A DNA stretch of 34,268 nt from Octopus bimaculoides. Lineage: Eukaryota. The notes beneath the pieces were generated by a model. It did not search any database, was not told where the DNA came from, and worked only from the letters and a program-made list of their open reading frames with translations. Where the stretch lies: the NCBI RefSeq assembly GCF_001194135.2, contig NC_068995.1, positions 9,550,705 to 9,584,972 on the forward strand. Direction: 5' to 3'. Positions within the stretch are counted from its first letter, which is position 1, and each line of letters starts with the position of its first letter. The position numbers and the translations under genes were made by a program. Shown here one piece after another: positions 12,306 through 23,299 of the stretch.

Positions 12306-12757
12306 CGTCCATCTGACATGTACGGCTTCTCGTTAGCTCTGAGTGCCCATGGCAATCATATAGACATACAAATAGGTTTTACTCTATATCTAAATTGTTG
12401 CAGCCCGATTGCATTTTTGTACCATGTATATTTACTAATTATTGGACTGGAAGAAGTGGACAGTCAGATACACATACACACACACACATATACACACATA
12501 TATGTTCATACGTGAACATTCAAAGACAAGTACACACATATTTGTATGTGTGTGTGTCTGTGTGTGTATTCAAACATACATGTGTACTTATATGAATAAT
12601 GTACATATAGAACTCAATGCACTGTACCGAGTATATATCTAAAAGGATAAACCATTCGTTGATGTTCTCCGCTGCTTTGCAGTTTAACAGTCGTTCAGGT
12701 AACCATAAGGGCATATACATACATAGACATATATGTATATATACATACATCTATATA

Positions 12758-12845
12758 TACAGGGGTTGGACAAAATAATGGAAGGACCTTAAAATTTCAA
12801 ATAAATATGAGGTAGGTAATTACTGCCAAAGGCAGTAATTACATC
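12758..12845 (+). mobile_element. Tc1/mariner-type terminal inverted repeat with TA target site
   Basis: TA|CAGGGGTTGGACAAAATAATGGAA at 12758-12783 resembles Tc1-family TIR starts. An internal perfect 12-bp stem is present (gtaattactgcc-aaa-ggcagtaattac, 12816-12842). No partner TIR is visible; it may lie in the 13008-13430 gap. Confidence 0.55.
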
Positions 12846-12943
12846 TTGAATTCTACGAGGTATGGACTCGTACAAAGTTTGAATTGTTTCCAAAGGATTT
12901 TTTTGTCCATTCTTCAGCTAAAACAGTCTCCAGTTTTTGTAGT

Positions 12944-13007
<64 letters not shown>

Positions 13008-13430
13008 NNNNNNNNNNNNNNNNNNNNNNNNNNNNNNNNNNNNNNNNNNNNNNNNNNNNNNNNNNNNNNNNNNNNNNNNNNNNNNNNNNNNNNNNNNNNN
13101 NNNNNNNNNNNNNNNNNNNNNNNNNNNNNNNNNNNNNNNNNNNNNNNNNNNNNNNNNNNNNNNNNNNNNNNNNNNNNNNNNNNNNNNNNNNNNNNNNNNN
13201 NNNNNNNNNNNNNNNNNNNNNNNNNNNNNNNNNNNNNNNNNNNNNNNNNNNNNNNNNNNNNNNNNNNNNNNNNNNNNNNNNNNNNNNNNNNNNNNNNNNN
13301 NNNNNNNNNNNNNNNNNNNNNNNNNNNNNNNNNNNNNNNNNNNNNNNNNNNNNNNNNNNNNNNNNNNNNNNNNNNNNNNNNNNNNNNNNNNNNNNNNNNN
13401 NNNNNNNNNNNNNNNNNNNNNNNNNNNNNN

Positions 13431-13901
13431 TTGTGCTTACAACAGAAAAGTATTATCGCTAGGGTGACGAAAAGCAGCGAGCTGGCAGGATCGTTAGCAC
13501 GCCGGACGAAATACTTAGCGGTATTTCGTCCGTCTTTACGTTCTGAGTTCAAATTCCATCGAGGTCGACTTTGCCTTTCGGGGTCGACTAAATAAGTACC
13601 AGTTACGTACCGGGGTCGATGTAATCGACTTAATCCCTTCCTCCAAATTTGAGACCTTGTGCTTCTTAGTAGAAAGGATTATTACCACGGTGTCAAGCTA
13701 GTGGAATCATTAGCACGTCGGGAGAAAACGCTTATTGGCGTTTCTTCCAGCTATCTAGGTTCAAATTCCGACCAAGTCAACTTCACCTTTTATCTTTTCT
13801 GGGTCAATAAAATATGTACCAGTTAAGCACTGTAGTCGATGTAATCGACTACCCTCTCCCCACAAAATTTCAGGCCTTGTGCATTTGATAGAAAGGATTA
13901 T
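13431..13901 (+). mobile_element. Head-to-tail SINE family A cluster (tail remnant 13431-13456, copies 13471-13684 and 13686-13901)
   Basis: Both copies align to 6268-6497. The ttgtgc..a.agaaaag.tatt remnant at the gap edge implies a third copy. Confidence 0.88.
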
Positions 13902-14400
13902 TTTTATTTTCCGTTTTGAACTATTCTATCGTGATAATCAACAATGGTCGACGATGAATAAAAACTACAAATTTGTTGATTTAGAAAATTAGATCCCTGT
14001 TTTATTCCATATATTAACTCAATTTTATCAATCATACAAGACAAAAAGAAACAAAATGACGCAAAAACATGTTGTATGGAACAACTTAAGACAAAAAAAA
14101 ATAATTACATCAAAGACTTCATCGTGCTAATAACCATTAAATATAATTAGTTTTCATTTATAAACCGAGAATGGTTTAAAAATCTATTTTTTAAAGTTTT
14201 AATTTAGTAAACTAAGTGATTTTGTTGAAATACAACTTTAAAACTAGTGAGAATACTAAATATATTTAATCTAAAAGTAATTTACGACATCTAAAGGTAT
14301 AGTAGTTAGAAATGGCAGAACTATTAAAACGCTAAAGAGTTCTTTTTGTTTTTGTTTTTCCCGGGTGTGTGTTGACGCGCGTGCCTATGTGTGTGTTTGT

Positions 14401-14509
14401 GTTTTTCTCGCTCTCTGCGCTGTGAGTTCGAATACAGCTGAAGTCGACATTTATTTTCTATCGTTGCGCTAACGATAAATAAAATACCAGTCATGTACTG
14501 GTGTCGATA
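14401..14509 (+). mobile_element. Degenerate internal fragment of SINE family A
   Basis: tgagttcgaatacagctgaagtcgac...cgataaataaaataccagtcatgtactggtgtcgat. Confidence 0.7.
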
Positions 14510-14519
14510 TTTCTCTTGC

Positions 14520-14852
14520 TGTCTTTTTGTCTCTCTCTCTCTCTCTCTCTTTATCTCTATCTATCTATCTAATCTCTGTCTCTCTCCCTTCTTCTCTCTT
14601 TCCCTATCTCTCCTCTCTCTATCTATCTATCTCCATCTCTCTCTCTTTCTCTCTCTCCTCCTTTCTCTTTCTCTCTTTCTCTCTTCATCTCTCTCCCTCC
14701 ATCTTTCTCTTTCTAACTCTTTCTCCTCTCCCTCCTTCTCACTTTCTCTCTTCCTCTCTCTCCCTCCGTCATTCTTTCTCTCTCCCTCTCTCTTTCTCTA
14801 TCTATCTATCTCTATTTCTATCTCTCTCCCTCCCTCTCTCTCTCTCTCTCTC
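14520..14852. repeat. (CT)n-rich polypyrimidine tract
   Basis: Directly visible. Confidence 0.95.
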
Positions 14853-15029
14853 TGATTAGACTTGGTCAGTGAAGGGCTCCACCAGATCTAAAAGCATTCA
14901 AGACACAGCCTGTCCTGATGGCACCTCCACGACTTCAAGTGTTGAGGGCTAAACACAAGGCTATAAATGTAGATTATCTGTTTTACAGTTTACAGTAAAA
15001 TAGCAAAGAAATGAGGAAAAACACAATGC

Positions 15030-15172
15030 TAGAAATAGCAGCTAAATCTTCAAATTTCACTCAACCGCTTTTAGAGAGGAAGGAGACACTTGTAGAAAAA
15101 AAAATCTTATCCAAGGTGCCACCACTCAGTGAAACTGAACCCGGAACCGCATGGTTTGAACCAACGCGCCCA
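15030..15172 (-). mobile_element. SINE with family-B type tRNA head (partial)
   Basis: The minus strand reads ccatgcggttccgggttcagtttcactg...ggcaccttggataag, matching 28155-28200. Confidence 0.7.
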
Positions 15173-15504
15173 AGATGCCACGTAATGGGAACTAACAAAA
15201 ATAATAGAAAACAAAAGAACAGGAAAGCGTGCCCCACCTGCCCACCCCTTCTGAGAAGAAACTAATTCTAATCATCTACCCAGATGTTGGTGAATCCTGT
15301 TCGGTTTTAAACGAACGCCATTTAATCGATTGAACTCTAATCAGAAACATTTGAGGATGACAAATCCTGGAAAACGGAAAGAATGGTTTTGTGTTTTGTT
15401 TGTTGGTTTGTTTTGTTTTGTTTTGTTTAGTTCTGCTTTTTTTTTCCCCTTTTTAAGATCGGATATGGCGTTAAATGACAATTAAATCTGTTGTTAAATA
15501 AATT

Positions 15505-15670
15505 AAGTGGTGGTGGTGGTGACGGTGGCGGCGGCGGAGCCAATGGTGGTGGTGGTGGTGGTGGTGATGGTGGTGGTGGTTGATTTCTTTCGATGATCAG
15601 GATCAGCATCATCATAAAGAGCAGGAGGAGGAGGAGGAGGACGACGACGACGACGACAATGGTGAATGTA

Positions 15671-15717
<47 letters not shown>

Positions 15718-15880
15718 AAAGAAATAGGAATAGAAGAAGAAGAAGAAGAAGAAGAAGAAGAACAACAACAACAACAACAACAACAACAATAAGAACAACA
15801 ACAAGAACAAGAAGACGGTGATTACGATGATGATGATGATAATGTTGGTAGAGGTGGTGGTGGTGGTGACGGTGGCGGCT
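15505..15880. repeat. Compound trinucleotide repeats (GGT/GAG/GAC/GAT/GAA/CAA)
   Basis: Directly visible. Confidence 0.93.
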
Positions 15881-16254
15881 CTATCGATAAGTTTACCAAA
15901 AACAATCGTAAGTCTAACAGCCGTTGTTGCCGTTAGAATTGCTTTTTAAATCCGAACAAAAATATTAAAAGAGTCATGTGACCAAAGCGCTTAATACAAA
16001 TGGTTTTTGCTTTGTTTTATTTTAGGTTTTTTTTTGCTGTTTTTTGTTGTGGTTATCCTTTTTTAGTTTTTGTCTTTTTCGTTTTTGCTTTCGTCTTTTT
16101 TTTTGTCTTTGATTTTTTGCTGGTTTGTTAATTAATCAATTAATCAAACAAATGGTAGAGATTAAAGTAAAAATGTTATAATTATCAAACAAGACGTTGT
16201 ACAGATCCGAAATGATAAGGAAAGGGGGGGGGCTGGGACGGTTGACAGATAGAG

Positions 16255-16270
16255 GACAGGAGAGAGAGAG

Positions 16271-16306
<36 letters not shown>

Positions 16307-16402
16307 AAGAGAGAGAGAGAGAGACAGAGAGAGACAGAGAGACAGAGAGACAGAGAGACAGAGACAGAGACAGACAGACAGACAGACAGGCAGATAGATA
16401 CA

Positions 16403-16436
<34 letters not shown>

Positions 16437-16508
16437 CATACATACCTACATACATACATGCAAGCCTACAACCATACATAGACAGACAGACAAACAGACA
16501 GAGAGACG

Positions 16509-16544
<36 letters not shown>

Positions 16545-16590
16545 TACGGACAGACAAACAGATAGACAGAAAAACAGATAGATAGATATG
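16255..16590. repeat. (AG)n/(GACA)n/(TACA)n compound microsatellite
   Basis: Directly visible. Confidence 0.95.
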
Positions 16591-17070
16591 TTTCTTTATT
16601 AGCCACACAGGGCCGAACACAGAGGGGACAAAATACAATATAGAGCTTTTCTTTTGAAGAAAGAAAAAGGGAGAAAATAAAATTTCGATCAAAAGGGACC
16701 TTAAAAAAAAAAGAAAAAAGGGGCCGATCGAAAGGGATCGTGTATCACAGAAAATATTATAAATGTTACAAAAAAGAAAAAAGACAGACAGACAGACAGA
16801 CAGACTGATGTATGACTCTCATATTCACCAATCTATTTTGCCATTGGATCTGATTAGGGTCAAGATTAATAAGTCTAAGAGTAGATATTGGTGACCCCTT
16901 CCACGTCTATAATACAGTGACGTCCATCACAAACTGACAGTGGTAGATCCAATTTATATAACAGATTAAAATCTGTAGTGAAATACAAGATATACTGCAT
17001 GTCCTTTCTTGACACATTTCGATATCTCAAACGAAAGAATCCTTTGCAATTTAGTGTAGGAGTTAATTTG

Positions 17071-17151
<81 letters not shown>

Positions 17152-17369
17152 GCTTTCGTCGTTTGAGATGTGTTTGAGATGTGTTGAGATGTGTTCATGG
17201 TATAAAAAATATTTGAATACATACACATACACACACACACCCATATATATAGAGAGAGAGATACATATATACATATAGACATACATATATATATATATGC
17301 ATATATATATATATATATATATAAACACACATATATACATATATATGCATATGTATTCATGTATGTGTA

Positions 17370-17417
<48 letters not shown>

Positions 17418-17899
17418 TATATATCATCATCATCATCATGTATATATGTGTGCGTGTGTAAAAAACGAAATATATATATATATATAACATATATATACAT
17501 ACATATATGTGTGTGTGTATGTATGTATGTATTCAATAATGACAAAAGATTTATTATTGACAGTTATTCAAATATTTTTCACAATCACCAGTACATCTCA
17601 GATGACGGAAACAACAGCAAAAACAACACATCTTTCGAAGTGCTATGGGCATTTTTTTTCTTTTTATTAACCTCAGTGTTAAGTCCTTATCGCGTTCAAT
17701 TTAATATAATTGACGATTGTTGTCCGAGAATCAGAAGAGCGGTAGACAAGTTGTTGTATTGAGTTACCTCCCTTTGTGACGTTTTGACTTCAATGCTTCA
17801 GTCCCGTGTTGATAATGAGTTGTTTAACGTTTTTATCCTTTCGGAATCGATGACACTCATATCAGCCAAAGTGTACAACGTCTAACCTTGTGTTACAGT

Positions 17900-18013
17900 C
17901 TCCTTTTCATCCTTTTGAGATCGATAAAACAAGTACCAGTTGAACACTGGTGTCGAGTTGATCGACTTGTCATCTCCCCTCAAATTTCACGCCTTGTGTC
18001 TTTAACAGAAAGA

Positions 18014-18075
<62 letters not shown>

Positions 18076-18187
18076 GGCGGTGATCTGGCAGAAACGTTAG
18101 CACGCCGGGCGAAATGCTTAGTGGTATTTCGTCTGTCTTTACGTTCTGAGTTCAAATGCGACCGAGGTCGACTTAGCCTTTCACCCT
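17900..18187 (+). mobile_element. SINE family A 3' half (17900-18015), (TTA)n tail (to 18073), then a second copy's 5' half (18074-18187)
   Basis: Both parts align to 6268-6497. The second copy stops at gcctttcaccct, where the minisatellite begins. Confidence 0.88.
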
Positions 18188-18757
18188 ATTCAGTGTGACA
18201 CCCGTATGAAGAAAAGAGGGTGGATATCTGTTTAGCAACAGCTATTCAGTGTGGCACCCGAATGAAGGAAAGAGGGTGGATATCAAATGTTTACCAACAG
18301 CTATTCAGCGTGGCACCCGTATGAAGGAAAGAGGGTGGATATCTGTTTAGCAACAGCTATTTGGTGTGGCACCCGTATGAAGGAAAGAGGGTGGATATCT
18401 AATGTTTACCAACAGCTATTTGGTGTGGCACCCGTATGAAGGAAAGAGGGTGGATATCTGTTTACCAACAGCTATTTGGTGTGGCACCCGTTTGAAGGGA
18501 AGTGGGTGGATACCAAATGTTTACCAACAGCTATTCAGTGTGGCACCCGCATGAAGGGAAGCGGGTAGATATCTAATGTTTACCAACAGCTATTCAGTGT
18601 GGCACCCGCATGAAGGGAAGCGGGTAGATATCTAATGTTTACCAACAGCTATTCAGTGTGGCACCCATATGAAGGAAAGAGGGTGGATATCTGTTTACCA
18701 ACAGCTATTTGGTGTGACACCCGTATAGAAGAAAAGGTGGGTGGATATCTGATGTTT
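18186..18757 (+). repeat. Minisatellite, 10 units of 56 or 59 bp
   Basis: Unit ctatt(ca/tg)gtgtggcacccgtatgaaggaaagagggtggatatct(aat)gtttaccaacag. Starts at 18186, 18242, 18301, 18357, 18416, 18472, 18531, 18590, 18649 and 18705. Confidence 0.97.
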
Positions 18758-19219
18758 CTGGCGCCTGAAGAGACAAACAGCATTGATAATGGCAATTGTA
18801 GCAACAATACCAAACAAAAATTTACAGCACTTAATGGCAGGAAATGCAGAAACAACAACAACAATAACAACTACATTTTCTACAGAACTACCAGGTCAGA
18901 GAGTGTAGAGAACTCTCGCTTTAAATCGAGAGAAACAAACGAAACACGTATCACGTGGTCCATTGACGTAATTTTGATTGACAGACAGTGGGTGGGGCCC
19001 GTCAAAGAATTGCTATTAACTTTCGCTTCCTCTCATCCTCTCTCTCTCACTCTCTCCCTCCGGCTCCCCCTCTCTCTCTCTCTCCATTTTTCTCTCTTAC
19101 ACGATCACACACAAACGCGCTCACGCGCACTACTTATCTCTCAATAAACCTATCTGCCAATGTGCATATATATATATATGCACACATATATTGGTTGAGA
19201 GAGAGTAAAAGAACGAGAG

Positions 19220-19491
19220 AGTATGTTTCTATACACCTATCTATCCAGCTCTTTATATATTTGCCCCTTAATCCTGCCTTACTGTGGCCTAACGCTATTT
19301 ATCTCAATCCGTCTATTTAGCCATCTATTTGTGTATCCTTCTATCTCTACCTATCTATTTCTCTATCAACCATTCTATTTACCCCCCTCTATGTATCTAC
19401 CTATCTACTTATTCATCTCTACATCTCTTAGTCTATCGTTCAACCTACCCATCCATTCTCTCTTCTGTTTGTTTTCCCCCTCTCTCTCTCT

Positions 19492-19575
<84 letters not shown>

Positions 19576-19960
19576 GTGTGTATGTGTGTGTCTATCTAAC
19601 TAGCTACTCGTCTATTTATCTAGCCATCTATCCATCTATCTATCTATCTATCTCCTCCTCTAAGTAACTATGTGTGTATCTATCTGTATATGTATTTATC
19701 TATCTATCTATCTGTCTATCCGTCTATCTATCAATCTATCTATCCATCTATCTTTGTATGTATCTATTTATCCATCTATCAATTTACCTACCCATTTCTC
19801 TATCTCTCTACCTATCTATCTACCTAGCTACGTATCTATCTGTTTATCTACGTTTCTATCAATCACTTTTTGTATCTATCTATAAAATCAATCTATGAAT
19901 CGACCAGCTACGCTATCAATCTATCTATCTACCTATCTACCTTGTCTATATATCTGTTTG
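19220..19960. repeat. Degenerate (TCTA)n flanking a perfect (TAGA)n core at 19492-19575
   Basis: Directly visible, with a polarity switch on each side of the core. Confidence 0.9.
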
Positions 19961-20029
19961 TTAAACAGACTGTTTCTCTTTCTTCTAGTCTGTGTATTCC
20001 CAAGTTGTTGCTGTCTTACCGCTTTGTAA

Positions 20030-20034
20030 CACAA

Positions 20035-20071
<37 letters not shown>

Positions 20072-20194
20072 CTCATGCACACACAAACACATACATTCAC
20101 ACATACACACACACACATACACACACACAGAAGCACATGCACTCACACACAAGCACAGCGATACAGCACATAACATCACAATTATTAACCACAC

Positions 20195-20233
<39 letters not shown>

Positions 20234-20431
20234 CACACACACATACACACGCACGCACACACATTCGCACACAAACACACGCATACATATTCACACGCAA
20301 GCACATGCACGTACACACGCACTCGCATAAACACTCACACACAAACAAGCAATAGAAACATTAACCATACAAACATACACACACACTCACACACACCAAC
20401 ATACGAACACACACCACATTCTCCCCCCCTC

Positions 20432-20463
<32 letters not shown>
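20030..20463. repeat. (CA)n-rich tract ending in (CT)n
   Basis: Directly visible. Confidence 0.95.
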
Positions 20464-20473
20464 GGATATTTAG

Positions 20474-20643
20474 AAGAAACGAATCGTTTTAACGAAGAGA
20501 TTAACAATATTAAAGCACAATCCGAAATGGCTTTTCTCATGCAAAGATTAGCAGGATTTCTGCAGAGAATGTCTTTCGGAATAGCATTAATGGTATTTGG
20601 AATTACCATCGGTAGGATATTCTGGAATTGCAAGCTTTGTTAA
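20474..20643 (+). CDS. Candidate terminal coding exon: C-terminal helix plus single TM tail anchor
   Basis: The (CT)n tract is followed by TTTAG|AA (phase 1). The non-repetitive open frame reads ETNRFNEEINNIKAQSEMAFLMQRLAGFLQRMSFGIALMVFGITIGRIFWNCKLC* (TAA 20641-20643), with a hydrophobic stretch, a GxxxG motif and a short basic tail. No homolog is recognised and no nearby AATAAA was seen. Confidence 0.42.
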
Positions 20644-20771
20644 TACCAGGCTTCACAAGATCTTCTTGTGCCGTTTAAACATTTAATCCCGTGAAATAGA
20701 AAAAGCAATGCCGGTGGAGAAGTTTAACAAGTGTTTCTCATGAAGTGTATATTTTGTGTAGACGGCAAGCT

Positions 20772-21247
20772 CTGTGTGTGTGTGTATATATAAGTATATA
20801 TATGTGTCTGTGTGTGTGTGAATTGTGTGTGTATATATATATATGTGTGTGTATTTGAGTATGTTGTGTGTGTGTTTGAGTATGTTGTGTGTGTGTTTGA
20901 GTATGTTGTGTGTATGCTTAATGTGTGTGTTTGTGTGTATTGAGTGTGTTCATGCGTTTGGTTTCAGTATGTGTCTGTGTGTTTGTGTGTGTATATACGT
21001 GTGTGTGAGTGTTTTTGTGTGTGAATTGTGTATATATATATATGTGTGTGTGTATTGTGTGTGTGTTTGAGTATGTTGTGTGTGTGAGTGTCTGTGTGCA
21101 TTCAGAGTGTGTGTTTGTCCGTTTGGTTTTAGTATGTATGCGTGTGTGTGCGTGTGTGCGTGTGTGTGTGTGTGTGTGTGTGCGTGCGTTTGGTTTGTTT
21201 TTTGGTATATTCGTGTATGAGTGTGTGTTCGGGTATGGTTGAGTGTG

Positions 21248-21291
<44 letters not shown>

Positions 21292-21671
21292 TTTGTTTGA
21301 TTCAATATGCATGTGTGTGTGTTTGTGTGTTGTGTACGTACATCTGTGATTTTTGTGTGTGTGTTNNNNNNNNNNATGCATGTGTGTGTGTTTGTGTGTT
21401 GTGTACGTACATCTGTGATTTTTGTGTGTGTGTTTGTGCATGACCTTTGATATGTGTGTATGTATGCATGTATGTATGTATGCGTGTGTGTTTGGTTTTA
21501 AGTATGTGTATGTATGTGTTTGTGTGATATGACTGAGTTTTATGAGTGGGTATGTTTGTGTGTTTATCTATTTGGTTTAAGCATGCGTATGCCTGTGCGT
21601 AATATAAGTGGGGATTTTATGCATGGATATGTGTGTATGTGTGCGTGTGTGTATCTTAATGTCTGTGTATA

Positions 21672-21740
<69 letters not shown>
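20772..21740. repeat. (GT)n-rich compound tract including a 22-bp unit x3 near 20855-20915
   Basis: Directly visible. Confidence 0.93.
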
Positions 21741-21742
<2 letters not shown>

Positions 21743-21974
21743 CGAAACGCTTAGTTTTAGAATGGTGGCAGCTGATGAAGGAAATGTTCTCTATGTGGCC
21801 TGTGTGTTTTCTGTTCTCCGTTTATCATTTTGTCCACGTTTTGTTTGCAATGTCCTGTACCCAGATATGCATCTATATATACATGTAGATGTAGGTATGT
21901 ACATACATGTATATATATACGCATATACTCATATATTATTTGTATTATATATATACACACACATACGCGCACGC

Positions 21975-22301
21975 ATAGAACAGGTCACTGACGAACTAAA
22001 CCACTAGGTATGCTCCGAAAAGTGCTCCGAAAGTGCTGCAATTGGTTAGGATCCAGGTTCGCAATGGAGGCTGGATCTAGGGATCCGTAGCAGGTTTCCC
22101 AGTCAACGGGTATAAATGAAAGATAAAGGGAAACAAAAACAAGGCAGGACAAGCTTATCAGATCATTTGGAATATTTTAATTAAGATAAAGGTGAATGAA
22201 AGTAAGAAGTAGAACTAAATTCACCTTTACCTTAATTAAAATATTCAAAAGGATCTGATAAGCTTATCCTACCTTGGTTTTGTTTTCCTTTATCTTCAAT
22301 T

Positions 22302-22305
<4 letters not shown>
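21975..22305 (+). mobile_element. Unclassified interspersed element ending in an 87-bp-arm foldback (possible Penelope-like terminal repeat or MITE)
   Basis: Arms 22111-22197 and 22219-22305 are reverse complements (about 9 mismatches, 21-nt loop). CTGACGA...CTCCGAAA lies just upstream. The element sits between microsatellites. The class is inferred. Confidence 0.5.
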
Positions 22306-22338
<33 letters not shown>

Positions 22339-22359
22339 GTGTATATTTGTATGTATGTG

Positions 22360-22390
<31 letters not shown>

Positions 22391-22866
22391 NNNNNNNNNN
22401 NNNNNNNNNNNNNNNNNNNNNNNNNNNNNNNNNNNNNNNNNNNNNNNNNNNNNNNNNNNNNNNNNNNNNNNNNNNNNNNNNNNNNNNNNNNNNNNNNNNN
22501 NNNNNNNNNNNNNNNNNNNNNNNNNNNNNNNNNNNNNNNNNNNNNNNNNNNNNNNNNNNNNNNNNNNNNNNNNNNNNNNNNNNNNNNNNNNNNNNNNNNN
22601 NNNNNNNNNNNNNNNNNNNNNNNNNNNNNNNNNNNNNNNNNNNNNNNNNNNNNNNNNNNNNNNNNNNNNNNNNNNNNNNNNNNNNNNNNNNNNNNNNNNN
22701 NNNNNNNNNNNNNNNNNNNNNNNNNNNNNNNNNNNNNNNNNNNNNNNNNNNNNNNNNNNNNNNNNNNNNNNNNNNNNNNNNNNNNNNNNNNNNNNNNNNN
22801 NNNNNNNNNNNNNNNNNNNNNNNNNNNNNNNNNNNNNNNNNNNNNNNNNNNNNNNNNNNNNNNNNN

Positions 22867-22909
<43 letters not shown>

Positions 22910-23299
22910 AGTATATGTAAATATTTTATGCATATATATATACTCGTACATATACATACATGCAAACCTACATACTTACAGCGTACGATGGGTAAATTGT
23001 CACCATTAAATATATTTTTAATCTCGCTCATGAGCATTGTTTGTTTGGGATTTTGTCGACTACACAGTATAGTAGGGTCACTTAGGTACCGTCTGTTAGA
23101 ATAACAGCACCATGGTGTAATTCACGCTGCCTGAAATTTAGAAACAACATGCTGTACTGCTTGGCATTCATGCTGGAAGCTCCAATACCAACATTTCAGA
23201 GTGTTTGGGTGTCAATTTGAGGACAGCGCAATCTGAGGACTTGTACCGAGAGGGATAAAAATCAAACATCCAGTCAACTTAATGGTGTTTGGAGTGATC

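Noticed and set aside
18186-18757. CRISPR-like appearance of the regular array
   Set aside because: The units are contiguous near-identical repeats without unique spacers, there are no cas genes, and the context is eukaryotic.
18635-19147. 170-aa ORF starting in the minisatellite
   Set aside because: The unit lengths of 56/59 bp are not multiples of 3; the ORF is a chance join of repeat, (AAC)n and (CT)n sequence.
21305-21440. ~60-bp direct repeat flanking a 10-N gap
   Set aside because: Identical sequence on both sides of a nominal 10-N gap indicates an unmerged contig overlap (assembly artefact). The gap at 27211-27220 looks similar.
22152-22162. AGCTTATCAGA matches part of vertebrate miR-21
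   Set aside because: Only 11 nt match, the rest of the mature sequence is absent, the 87-bp stem is too long for a canonical pre-miRNA, and miR-21 is vertebrate-restricted.
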